Shown here piece by piece: positions 17,526 through 26,236 of a stretch of DNA of 64,000 bases (positions within the stretch are counted from its first letter, which is position 1; each line of letters opens with the position of its first letter). The stretch lies in IMG/VR virus record IMGVR_UViG_3300030430_004034, positions 23,959-87,958 of that record; one strand, given 5' to 3'. Both the position numbers and the translations under genes were made by a program. The notes below the pieces were generated by a model, which saw only the letters and a list, made by a program, of their open reading frames with translations, was not told the origin of the DNA and did not search any database. The stretch comes from a virus.

Positions 17526-17750
17526 ATGTTGGAATACGATGGACATTTTCTCTCTTGCGACGATAAGTGGGTAGTAGATTTGAGAAGAGTCAATTTCATA
17601 ACTCTCAAGCAAAACTGGGAGGACCAAAACTACCATGTGAAATTGCACATCGGAACAAAAGAAGTTAGGCTCATTTTAAGCACACAAAGTCTTTTGGAAG
17701 AGTTGAAAGAAGAATGGAAAAAAGCAAATGAAGGTGAAGAATATGAATAA
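17526..17750 (+). CDS. Small hypothetical protein, possible paralog of the upstream gene
   Basis: Similar VK(I/L)H and C-terminal helix pattern. Confidence 0.55.
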   Translation: MLEYDGHFLSCDDKWVVDLRRVNFITLKQNWEDQNYHVKLHIGTKEVRLILSTQSLLEELKEEWKKANEGEEYE

Positions 17751-18531
17751 AAAAGAAGAAACAGAAATTAAGTTAGAAGGATTTGACGCAATCCTAAAAG
17801 CACAACAACAAGAATACATGTCTCAGAAGCATTTGCTTCTAGCAGGCATTGAAGGCGAGGCAAAAACGGGTAAGTCCGGATTAGCGATGGACACGAACCT
17901 CAAGACCTTCTATTTGGATTGTGATGTCGGAGCGGTCCCTACTTGGAAAACCAATCACAACTCCACGAATCGGATTGTGATTTACAATCCCAACGCTAAG
18001 GACGAAAATGGAGACTCCGACCCTTACAAAACACAAGGAAACATTAGGACCTTCATCGCCCATGTGCGAAAGCAAATTGAAGGTAGCGAAGAACCCATTC
18101 TCTTTGTTTGGGACGGCGTAGATTCTTGGCTTGACGATTGCACCACTTACATGACTGGGATGGAAAACTCAAGGATGCGCCCCTACAAACCACAAAAGCA
18201 ACAGGAATGGCATCAGAGAAACAATCCTTTCAAGACTGTTATTGGTGAAGCCATTTCTCTTGAATGCCACCGCTTGTTTATCACACACACAAAAGAACCG
18301 TTTAGAGACGAACCGGCAAAGGCGATTTGGAACCGAGTAGATTCTAAACTGCATACAGTTATCCGAACAAATCAGCGTATGACAATCAAAGGTTCTCAGT
18401 ATGTGGCTACAATCAAAAGTAGCAAATACTTCCCTAAAATGGTCGGTAAAAAAATCCCATTCTGTACCTTTGGAAATGAAGGTGAAGTTAAGTGGGACGG
18501 TATTCTAGAACTTGCGGAGATGAAAATTTGA
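17743..18531 (+). CDS. RecA-fold ATPase (Sak4/AAA_24/RadA-like recombinase)
   Basis: GEAKTGKS, YLDCDVG, VWDGVD, FITH. Confidence 0.7.
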   Translation: MNKKEETEIKLEGFDAILKAQQQEYMSQKHLLLAGIEGEAKTGKSGLAMDTNLKTFYLDCDVGAVPTWKTNHNSTNRIVIYNPNAKDENGDSDPYKTQGNIRTFIAHVRKQIEGSEEPILFVWDGVDSWLDDCTTYMTGMENSRMRPYKPQKQQEWHQRNNPFKTVIGEAISLECHRLFITHTKEPFRDEPAKAIWNRVDSKLHTVIRTNQRMTIKGSQYVATIKSSKYFPKMVGKKIPFCTFGNEGEVKWDGILELAEMKI

Positions 18532-19316
18532 ATTTTAGAGTAGATGCAAAAGAGTTTAGGCAGGCAGTAGAAGACTGTATGTTGAAGGGTAAGTATTACA
18601 ATAAGAGCGGAGACCTCGGACAATATATCTGTCTTGAAGCAATTCAAAGGGACTTGGGATATGTCTTGAATGTTTGGAACGCCGATATGTCTACAATTAC
18701 TATGTGTTCTATTCCAGCAACACCTGTTGGCAATACAGATATGTTGTTATTGAATACCAAAATTGTTTTTGATACTGCCAATACGAATGGTTTCTTGAAA
18801 GGTTTCGGAGAGACCATTACTTTTCAAACACAAAAAGGTAGACTCTATCTCTTCGGCGGGAATACTGAACTCACAATCTCTCTCATGACCGAACATCCGT
18901 ATGAGTCGTCCATTGACATGGTTAAGAAAAATTCTATGCCATTATCAAGCGACATTCAAGGTTATTTTGACCAAGATATTCTCCCTTCTTTTGGAAAAAC
19001 TGTCTTTGAAACGGCTCTAAAGATGGACAATGAACCATTCGCAAGCGCAGTAAAAATGGCTGAAAGAATTGGAACGGGATTTAAGTTAAGTTATAATGAA
19101 ACAGACGGATTAGCAATTAGCGCAGATTCTAATTCTCAACACTTTACGAAGCATATCCAGCCATTGGTTTGGTACGGTGATGATAGTATCGTTGAAATCT
19201 CAGCACCAATTTACAAATTCTTCAACGAACCGTTTTGGCTTTTCTTGAAGGACGAGTCCCCAGTATTTGCTTGTTCAAACAACCGTATTCTCATCCGTGC
19301 CCCTAGAATTGATTGA
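18528..19316 (+). CDS. Sliding clamp (PCNA-like)
   Basis: Two-domain clamp pattern (FRVDAKEFRQAV / MDNEPFASAVK ... PVF...LIRAPR); about 260 aa; directly upstream of PolB; RFC nearby. Confidence 0.65.
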   Translation: MNFRVDAKEFRQAVEDCMLKGKYYNKSGDLGQYICLEAIQRDLGYVLNVWNADMSTITMCSIPATPVGNTDMLLLNTKIVFDTANTNGFLKGFGETITFQTQKGRLYLFGGNTELTISLMTEHPYESSIDMVKKNSMPLSSDIQGYFDQDILPSFGKTVFETALKMDNEPFASAVKMAERIGTGFKLSYNETDGLAISADSNSQHFTKHIQPLVWYGDDSIVEISAPIYKFFNEPFWLFLKDESPVFACSNNRILIRAPRID

Positions 19317-19325
19317 GGGTGAACC

Positions 19326-21095
19326 ATGATAATTGCTAACAATGAAAATCAAATATACAAATCTTGGAGAAACGAAAACGGGGAGTTGGTGATTGAAGAA
19401 GATGAACATCGCCCCTATTTTTTCATTCCCGCTTCGTATAAAGAAGTAAAATTCTACAGAGTAGGGTTTATGAGTAGATACCTTTCTTACGAAAAAGGAG
19501 AATGGTATAGCATTGATGGGAAGAAGTTGAAGAAAGTTTACTACGAATTACCTCGCCATGTTGATGATGCGAAGAAGCCGTTTATTCATCCAACGAATGG
19601 AGACATGACCTACGAAGCCGATGTATCGGTTGTCAATCGCTATGCTGTGGACAACATCAACGACATGCCAAACTACAAACTCAAGAAATTTTATTGGGAC
19701 ATGGAATGGCAACAAGGTGGAGAACACGACGGCAAGGTTACATCTATTGGCCTTTACAACAATGAAACGAAAGAGTTTCTCACTTGGGTTTGGTATCCTG
19801 AAGAATCCTTTGAACTGATTGATACTCCTATTGTGGAAGACTATCTATGCACTTTGCAGTACGCTGAAAGCGAAGCAAAAATGCTAGCCGACTTCATTCA
19901 ATACCTAACGAAAGAAAAACCTGACATGATGATTGCTTGGTTTGGCCTTAAGTTTGACTTACCCAAATTGTTGAGCCGCTGTATTTCTAACAACATTGAC
20001 CCAAGAGTAATCTCTCCTATGGGAATCATTGAAGGCGTCAAAGAAGATATGGAAGGGGAGTTGTCTTTTTCTAAACAAAATGGATATTCTCAAATTTCAC
20101 AGCCCGTTAAAGGTATGCTAATGCTCAACCTTGATGTTGCTTTTGAGCGACAATGGAACGATGCACAGAGAGGAACCTTGCCTAGTCTAGCACTAGACTT
20201 CGTTTCAAAGACTCTTTTTGGAGAAGGTAAGCACATTGAAACAAAGTTTACTGACCCAAACGAGTTCTACTCTAGGGCTTGGCTGGAAGACAAAGAATCG
20301 TATCTGCAATATACGATTACCGATGTTGAATTGCTCCGTAGAATTGACGAAGAGAACCATTGTAGTGAGGCTATTATTGCGCTACAAAGATTGCTAAAGG
20401 CTCCGTTTGAATCCTGCTTTTTTGCTTCACACATGGGTTCTATTTACTTTATGCGTAATGCTTCTTGGAAATGTAAGACAGGAGTTAGACTGAAAACGAA
20501 GAAGTGTGAAGCATGTGGATTTGAGAATCCCAAAGACAAACAATTGAAGAATTGCAAAAGGTGTGGTGCTTCCCTTTCGTATTCAGGTGCTATGATTTAC
20601 CATCCTCTGAAAGAAGGAGGAACCAACGGATTGCATCTGAATGTAGCGGCCTTTGACTTTGCTGGCCTCTATCCTTCCATGATAGTGGCCCGGAACATCA
20701 GTTTTGAAACCGTCAGCGAAACACCCACCTTGTTCGGGGCAGATTTGAACACACCTCAAAATCTCCAGCCCGTGCCCGAGGGCTACACAGAGGACATGGT
20801 TTACTTCAAGACGGATGAGTTGGGGCTACTCCCTCGCTCCATTCTTGAATTGAAGTCCTTGAGGAACGACTACAAAGCCGAAATGAAGAAGGCCCGAGAG
20901 AACGGTTTGGAGGATGATGTCGTGAAGTGGAACAACAACCAAATGGCCGTGAAGAGGCTCATGGCTTCTTTCTATGGCATCCTCGCCTTCAAGGGCTTCG
21001 GATGGGCAGATTCAAAACTAGCGGCTAGCATAACAGCAAGTGCTAGAGAGGCTATTCGTGAAGCGGCTAGAGTCGCTAAGGAGATGAAAATATGA
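19326..21095 (+). CDS. polB: Family B DNA polymerase, N-terminal part (exonuclease, motifs A and B)
   Basis: DMEW, FDLP and YTITD exo motifs; DFAGLYPS; KRLMASFYG; ends before motif C. Confidence 0.9.
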   Translation: MIIANNENQIYKSWRNENGELVIEEDEHRPYFFIPASYKEVKFYRVGFMSRYLSYEKGEWYSIDGKKLKKVYYELPRHVDDAKKPFIHPTNGDMTYEADVSVVNRYAVDNINDMPNYKLKKFYWDMEWQQGGEHDGKVTSIGLYNNETKEFLTWVWYPEESFELIDTPIVEDYLCTLQYAESEAKMLADFIQYLTKEKPDMMIAWFGLKFDLPKLLSRCISNNIDPRVISPMGIIEGVKEDMEGELSFSKQNGYSQISQPVKGMLMLNLDVAFERQWNDAQRGTLPSLALDFVSKTLFGEGKHIETKFTDPNEFYSRAWLEDKESYLQYTITDVELLRRIDEENHCSEAIIALQRLLKAPFESCFFASHMGSIYFMRNASWKCKTGVRLKTKKCEACGFENPKDKQLKNCKRCGASLSYSGAMIYHPLKEGGTNGLHLNVAAFDFAGLYPSMIVARNISFETVSETPTLFGADLNTPQNLQPVPEGYTEDMVYFKTDELGLLPRSILELKSLRNDYKAEMKKARENGLEDDVVKWNNNQMAVKRLMASFYGILAFKGFGWADSKLAASITASAREAIREAARVAKEMKI

Positions 21096-21274
21096 AATGC
21101 AGTATTTGTGGAAATGAAATTGATAAGCACTATCACAACGGAAAAATGTATTGGGATAAAGGCCATAACGCCCAGCCTGTAAACAACGGAAGGTGTTGCG
21201 ATGCTTGTAATTCAGAAGTGGTTATTCCCCGTAGGTTGACTGATATGTTGTTGGGTAGGGGGAATGAAGAATGA
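21092..21274 (+). CDS. Small Cys-rich viral protein between the PolB halves
   Basis: CSIC...GHNAQPV..GRCCDACN. Confidence 0.65.
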   Translation: MKCSICGNEIDKHYHNGKMYWDKGHNAQPVNNGRCCDACNSEVVIPRRLTDMLLGRGNEE

Positions 21275-21435
21275 ATTTTCAAGAATTCAGTGAGTGGTAT
21301 TTAGATAACTATCTTGAAGAGTCCTTTTACATCTGGCTATTTTTAGCATGCCTAACTTTCTTTATTTTTTTAAGAGAGTTAAAGAAAAAACCCACATCAA
21401 TTTATGATTTCTCAAATCAAACTTTGGAGGAATAG
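21271..21435 (+). CDS. Small membrane protein between the PolB halves (not in ORF track)
   Basis: MNFQEF...FYIWLFLACLTFFIFL...; ATGA overlap; ends 2 nt before PolB-C. Confidence 0.55.
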   Translation: MNFQEFSEWYLDNYLEESFYIWLFLACLTFFIFLRELKKKPTSIYDFSNQTLEE

Positions 21436-21437
21436 TC

Positions 21438-22334
21438 ATGAAGGTAGTTTACGGCCATACTGATTCTATTTATGTTCAGATTGATTCTGTAGAGAAAGCA
21501 CAAGAAGCAGTCAAGAATATTAATGAAGAAGTCAGAAAGAAGTTTCCGAATGTTTTGGGTCTTGAAGAACATCCCGTAGTCCTAGAATTTGAGAAATTTT
21601 ATTCTTCTCTTGGAGTAGGAAATACAAAAAATAGAAATGCTGGACTTGTTTCTTGGTTAGATGGAGTTTGGCTTGAAGAACCAAAGTTTGCCATGACAGG
21701 ATTTTCAGCAAAAAAAATCTCTGAAACGAAATTCGCTAAAGGAATACAGCAAGAAGTATTGAAAATGTGGGTTGAACAAAAATCATTTGATGAAATCAAT
21801 ACACATTTGAGAAGAAAATATCAGGAGGCACTGGACGGAAATGTGGATTTTGAAAGTCTCATCAAGAGGAGAAGGTTTGACAAAGACAAGTTTCTTCTCA
21901 AGTGCAAATGCAAGAAACAGGTTTCAGCACTGCGTTTAAGCAACGGAGAAGATTTGATTCAAGGTCTGTATTGTTCAAGGTGCGGTGAACCCCGCACTTC
22001 TTTTACAACCAAAGAAGGAAAAAACCCCACCTATTCAGAAGGGAACGCCGCTATCTTGTTCAGCATACAAAACGGACTACTCTCAGAAGACATTGACTCG
22101 TATGTTTTCCTCAAGGTTGAACCTGTAGGTTTCTACACTCACCCGATTACGGGTAAGAAGATTGAAGGAAACTACATCGCTAGGAGAACATACGATGAAT
22201 TGCGAGAATACATGCCCGACTATGAACACTACGCAGAGCAAGTTTTGAAGAAAGCCAAGCCTGTGTATGAGGCTATGGGCTGGGATTTACTACAAATAAA
22301 AAACAAAAAACAAGCATTGGAGGAATGGTTTTGA
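21438..22334 (+). CDS. polB: Family B DNA polymerase, C-terminal part (motif C and thumb)
   Basis: VVYGHTDSIYV, LEFEK, KNRNAG, PIP-like KQALEEWF; own GGAGG SD. Confidence 0.9.
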   Translation: MKVVYGHTDSIYVQIDSVEKAQEAVKNINEEVRKKFPNVLGLEEHPVVLEFEKFYSSLGVGNTKNRNAGLVSWLDGVWLEEPKFAMTGFSAKKISETKFAKGIQQEVLKMWVEQKSFDEINTHLRRKYQEALDGNVDFESLIKRRRFDKDKFLLKCKCKKQVSALRLSNGEDLIQGLYCSRCGEPRTSFTTKEGKNPTYSEGNAAILFSIQNGLLSEDIDSYVFLKVEPVGFYTHPITGKKIEGNYIARRTYDELREYMPDYEHYAEQVLKKAKPVYEAMGWDLLQIKNKKQALEEWF

Positions 22335-22513
22335 CTAAAATAGAGCAAGCAGTATGTCAAAAAATACTAGGCAGAGCAAAAATTGGAATGGCTAAATATG
22401 GCGTTTCAATGGATAAAGAAAATTTAACAAGAAAAGAGTGGTTAATTCATGCACAAGAAGAAGCCATGGATTTAGCAATCTACTTACAAAAATTAATTGA
22501 AATGGAGGAATGA
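22325..22513 (+). CDS. MazG-like / all-alpha NTP pyrophosphatase-related small protein
   Basis: R...G..KYG...W..HAQEEAMDLAIY. Confidence 0.55.
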   Translation: MVLTKIEQAVCQKILGRAKIGMAKYGVSMDKENLTRKEWLIHAQEEAMDLAIYLQKLIEMEE

Positions 22514-23415
22514 AAATGAATACAGAAGAAAAATACGAAGCAGAAATAAACAGCATGGATGAATACACCTATCAGTGGTTGCCTGAAAACTATGAGGACC
22601 CGAGTGAACCGATTTTGAAAGTCACCAAGTCCTCTCTTACAACTCATCTTTGGTGTCCGAAAAAATACGAATTCCAGTATGTAGAGCGTAGGCCCATTGA
22701 CCAAACAGAAGCGATGAAAAAAGGAACCATCATGCACAATGCACGAGAGGATTTCTTTAACGCATTTGACATCAAGAAAGCAGAAAACATGACCACCGAT
22801 GAAGTGATTGATTACTGTTCATCACTTTTTCCACTTGACGAATATTTTGATGAGTATTCCCACATGGCGGTATTTGAAGCGCAACGATTTGTTGACGCAA
22901 GAAGAGAGGGTAAAATTGATGAGTTTTTGCCCGTATGCAACGAGGGCAAGTTTGATTGTGAAATCGTCATTGAAGCAAACACCGACCCAAAATATCCTTT
23001 GAGACGAGACTACAAGATTCACCTTCAGGGAATCATTGACCGAATCTTTCAAGAAGAATCTGGATACATACCAATGGAATTCAAAACTGGCGCTTGGAAA
23101 GACCACAAGAAAACTTCTATGAGAAAAGAAATGGCGTTTTACCAAATCATGATTGAAAATTGTTCCCCAACGGTTCTAGAAAAGAATGGACTACAGGAAG
23201 GCATTCCTGTATCTCATTGGGCTTGGTATTATCCAATATCAAATCACTTCTTCGTTGAGAAAATCGTTAAGGCTTCAAAAACTTCCGTGTTTAGGTCAAT
23301 TGCTAGATTAATCTACGCCTATGAAAACAAAGAGTTTCCAATAAAATTCTATGCTCCCACTTGTTCTCATTGTAGTTTCTTTCCTATTTGTGATGAAGAA
23401 ACTTGGTTAATGTGA
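22510..23415 (+). CDS. Cas4/AddB-like PD-(D/E)XK exonuclease with an Fe-S cluster
   Basis: WCPKK, GTIMH, GIIDR, EFKTG, CSHC...C. Confidence 0.85.
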   Translation: MKMNTEEKYEAEINSMDEYTYQWLPENYEDPSEPILKVTKSSLTTHLWCPKKYEFQYVERRPIDQTEAMKKGTIMHNAREDFFNAFDIKKAENMTTDEVIDYCSSLFPLDEYFDEYSHMAVFEAQRFVDARREGKIDEFLPVCNEGKFDCEIVIEANTDPKYPLRRDYKIHLQGIIDRIFQEESGYIPMEFKTGAWKDHKKTSMRKEMAFYQIMIENCSPTVLEKNGLQEGIPVSHWAWYYPISNHFFVEKIVKASKTSVFRSIARLIYAYENKEFPIKFYAPTCSHCSFFPICDEETWLM

Positions 23416-23424
23416 GGCTCAGTT

Positions 23425-23799
23425 ATGTACGAAGAAAAGATAAAAGAAAAAATTCTAGAAAGGAATTGGTCATTCCATGAAATTACAAATCTAAACGATA
23501 CTCTTTACAATTTATCTGTAGAGATTTACAATGAATTAACTCTTCTTGAACGATTTGAATTAGTTAGAGAAAGGAAAGTGGCTAAAGAATATGTAGGTTT
23601 CAGCATTGAAAACTTCTTCAGAGAAAATGTCAAGTTTGCGCTTAAAGCAAAAATAGCAGAGACCGTAAAGAACATGCTTGAAAATGCAACAATTAATTTT
23701 GGAGGTAATACAAATGAAGTTTCCGAGAGAAGTGTGGGCGGGAAGTCACATAAAGAACGCCCCACAAATGAAAAGAAAAATAGTGAAGACGAAGAGTGA
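23425..23799 (+). CDS. Hypothetical protein
   Basis: Operon-embedded ORF. Confidence 0.5.
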   Translation: MYEEKIKEKILERNWSFHEITNLNDTLYNLSVEIYNELTLLERFELVRERKVAKEYVGFSIENFFRENVKFALKAKIAETVKNMLENATINFGGNTNEVSERSVGGKSHKERPTNEKKNSEDEE

Positions 23800-24763
23800 A
23801 TACATTAGTTTTGTGAAATCACAAAACAACAGAACCAATGTTTACACGAGCGTTTACGATTTTGCCGAGTTTGCTGAAACTGCAAAAATTGAATCTTCGG
23901 TTATTTTGGATAGAGTCTTTCTTGATTTTGACGCTCATGAAGGAAATCTAGAACAGGCTTTAGAGGATTTGAAAATCGTTGTTGAGTTTGTAAATAAGAA
24001 CGATTACCAATACACAATGTTCTTCTCAGGAAAAGGATTCCACATGTTTGTGTTTGGGGAAGAGACCGGCGACATTCGCAATATACAGGAATTCCATAGG
24101 CAAATAAAATCCTTGCTACCTGAAGAATCTACTTTGGATGATAGAGTGGGGCAAGCCACGAGACTTCGTAGAGTGCCGAACACTGTGAACCTCTCTTCCT
24201 CTGACGAAAATGGCATACCTTACTACTGCATACCGATATTTGAAAATGACCTAAAATCAGGCCTTCAAGAAATCAAAAAATTGGCCTCCACCCCTAGACT
24301 CGGAGGGAGAAAAGTGCAAAACTTGAACCTCGTAAAATGGCCTGATTTGCCACCCATTGAGTATGTGGGCGAGGAAGTCAAAGTCACACCGATTGAGGGG
24401 TCTCTTCCTCTTCTCCCTTGCATCTACAACGCCATAATGGTGGAGAATCCAAGCCACATGGCGAGGGCCTACCTTGTTTCTTGGTATAGAGACCTACTCT
24501 CCCAAAGGACCATGCTTGAATCCACAGAACAGAAGACCAAGGTTCTAGACTTGGTGGTTGAAGAGATTGAAAAAATCGCTGAGATTGATGGGGTGTGGCT
24601 TGATTGGGACAAAGCGACAACGAGAAAACACGCCAAGTTTACCGTTTTCAACAACTACAAAACTCCAAACTGTAAAACAAAGTTGATACCCGAGGGGTAT
24701 TGTGTTGGTAAGTGTTGGAGATACCCTGACTATTTAGATAAAGGAAGTGAAAAAAATGAATGA
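23714..24763 (+). CDS. Archaeo-eukaryotic primase, PriS fused to a PriL-type Fe-S domain
   Basis: LDFD, SGKGFH, RLRRVPNT; C-terminal LPCI...H..R...C...C...C. Confidence 0.85.
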   Translation: MKFPREVWAGSHIKNAPQMKRKIVKTKSEYISFVKSQNNRTNVYTSVYDFAEFAETAKIESSVILDRVFLDFDAHEGNLEQALEDLKIVVEFVNKNDYQYTMFFSGKGFHMFVFGEETGDIRNIQEFHRQIKSLLPEESTLDDRVGQATRLRRVPNTVNLSSSDENGIPYYCIPIFENDLKSGLQEIKKLASTPRLGGRKVQNLNLVKWPDLPPIEYVGEEVKVTPIEGSLPLLPCIYNAIMVENPSHMARAYLVSWYRDLLSQRTMLESTEQKTKVLDLVVEEIEKIAEIDGVWLDWDKATTRKHAKFTVFNNYKTPNCKTKLIPEGYCVGKCWRYPDYLDKGSEKNE

Positions 24764-24923
24764 AAGAAAAAAAATTATTTGCCCGAAATGCAAAGAGCCG
24801 AGAGGACTTTTCAAAGTCTTTCTAACAGTAAAAAAAGAAAAGTCTTCTAAAGAATATACGAATGTTAAGACATTAGTTTGCAATTCTTGTGAACATATGT
24901 TTACTTTTACAACCAGCGAGTGA
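24756..24923 (+). CDS. Small Zn-ribbon protein (not in ORF track)
   Basis: CPKC...CNSC. Confidence 0.5.
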   Translation: MNERKKIICPKCKEPRGLFKVFLTVKKEKSSKEYTNVKTLVCNSCEHMFTFTTSE

Positions 24924-25207
24924 TTTACATGCTATTTGAAATCGTAATAGCAACTATTCTGTCCTTGCTACTCTTGCTTATTTTGGGAGGGCTTATGTCA
25001 ATTTATGACAATGCACAATTCCATTATGGAAGAATAGCATCACTCCAAGCCCTCACAATAAAAATTCTAGTAGCATTAACAGATATACCGATGGAAGAAG
25101 TAGAAGATATATCGCAGTGCCCCCAGTGTTTTGATGAGGGAGGACTGTGCGAAAAACACGAAGTAGAAGCAAGAAAGACCCTACGAATCATGGAGGAATC
25201 AAAATGA
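24920..25207 (+). CDS. Membrane-anchored protein with a Cys cluster
   Basis: N-terminal hydrophobic helix; CPQC...C..H. Confidence 0.5.
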   Translation: MIYMLFEIVIATILSLLLLLILGGLMSIYDNAQFHYGRIASLQALTIKILVALTDIPMEEVEDISQCPQCFDEGGLCEKHEVEARKTLRIMEESK

Positions 25208-25539
25208 GATGGAATAAACAAGGATGGAATAAAATGATTTGCGCCCCGTCTTACTACGACGACGACCCTTATGAAAAACACCCCGAACCTGACACCCTAA
25301 TGAATGTAGATGGGTGGGAGGTAAAGAAAGAAGGACATCGTGTGGTGTGGAGAAGATACCCCCTCTACATGGGCGAGTTTATTTATTCTCCAAAATCATT
25401 CTCTGATGAGGGAAGTGAGTTTCCGGAAGAATGGCCCCCGTGGTTGGTTAGTTTGTTTATCGCCAAAATGCGAGACTACTATCCAGTGAATTTGCTCACC
25501 TCGTTTAAATACCGAAGCCTACTGACATGGACAGATTGA
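25204..25539 (+). CDS. Hypothetical protein
   Basis: ATGA overlap at 25204 after GGAGG. Confidence 0.5.
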   Translation: MRWNKQGWNKMICAPSYYDDDPYEKHPEPDTLMNVDGWEVKKEGHRVVWRRYPLYMGEFIYSPKSFSDEGSEFPEEWPPWLVSLFIAKMRDYYPVNLLTSFKYRSLLTWTD

Positions 25540-25540
25540 A

Positions 25541-26236
25541 ATGCTAATCATTGACAGTAGGGAAGGGGACAGGTCAAAACTGTTCGGAAGGCTTGTTTTG
25601 TTGTGCAACAAAATGGGTGTTCCGTGGGAAAAACGGTGGATAGAGGTTGGGGACTATGTTTTTGGCGACATGTGTTTTGAAGCAAAATCCAGCGTGGACT
25701 TCTTGGCCTCGGTAATGAACAAGAGAATTTGGAACCAAATAGACAACATGGACAGAAACTACAAACACAATTTTGTTATCGTATACGGTAGCATTACAGA
25801 AGCGGTTGCTACAGTCCTTGAGAATTCTAAAACGAAAATGTCCCCACAAGGTAGAGCGTTGGTTTTGCACAACAAATTCATAGGAGCCATCGCTACTATC
25901 TCTCTAGATACAGATACGCAGGTTATGTGGCTTGAAGATGAAAACCAAGCCGCAGAAATTATTGCTAGTTTCTGCAAAGTGAAGCCTCTTAACAGAAAAA
26001 TACCAAGCCCCGAAATCATCAAAAGAGTGGCTACTGATGATTTACGGGTGGATGTTCTTTGCACTATCAAAGGCATATCCAACAAAAAAGCAAAACTGCT
26101 ACTCAACAAATTCGGTTCCATACAGGAAATCGGAATGCACTCCAAACAAGACCTGATGAAAATAGAAGGGATTGGAGAAAAAACAGCATCCATGTTATTG
26201 GATGTTCTTTACAATGAAAGGAAAGTGAAAATATGA
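25541..26236 (+). CDS. ERCC4/XPF-Mus81 family nuclease with (HhH)2
   Basis: IIDSRE, GDY...EAK...DF..S...RI..Q, two HhH motifs (IKGIS, IEGIGEKTA). Confidence 0.88.
   Translation: MLIIDSREGDRSKLFGRLVLLCNKMGVPWEKRWIEVGDYVFGDMCFEAKSSVDFLASVMNKRIWNQIDNMDRNYKHNFVIVYGSITEAVATVLENSKTKMSPQGRALVLHNKFIGAIATISLDTDTQVMWLEDENQAAEIIASFCKVKPLNRKIPSPEIIKRVATDDLRVDVLCTIKGISNKKAKLLLNKFGSIQEIGMHSKQDLMKIEGIGEKTASMLLDVLYNERKVKI

Noticed and set aside
21096-21437. Intein or self-splicing intron interrupting PolB
   Set aside because: No Cys/Ser...His-Asn intein ends and no intron core; the gap holds two coupled ORFs and PolB-C has its own SD and ATG
22510-23415. Cas4-like gene as evidence of CRISPR-Cas
   Set aside because: No repeat-spacer array or other cas genes are visible; stand-alone Cas4-like nucleases are routine in archaeal virus replication modules
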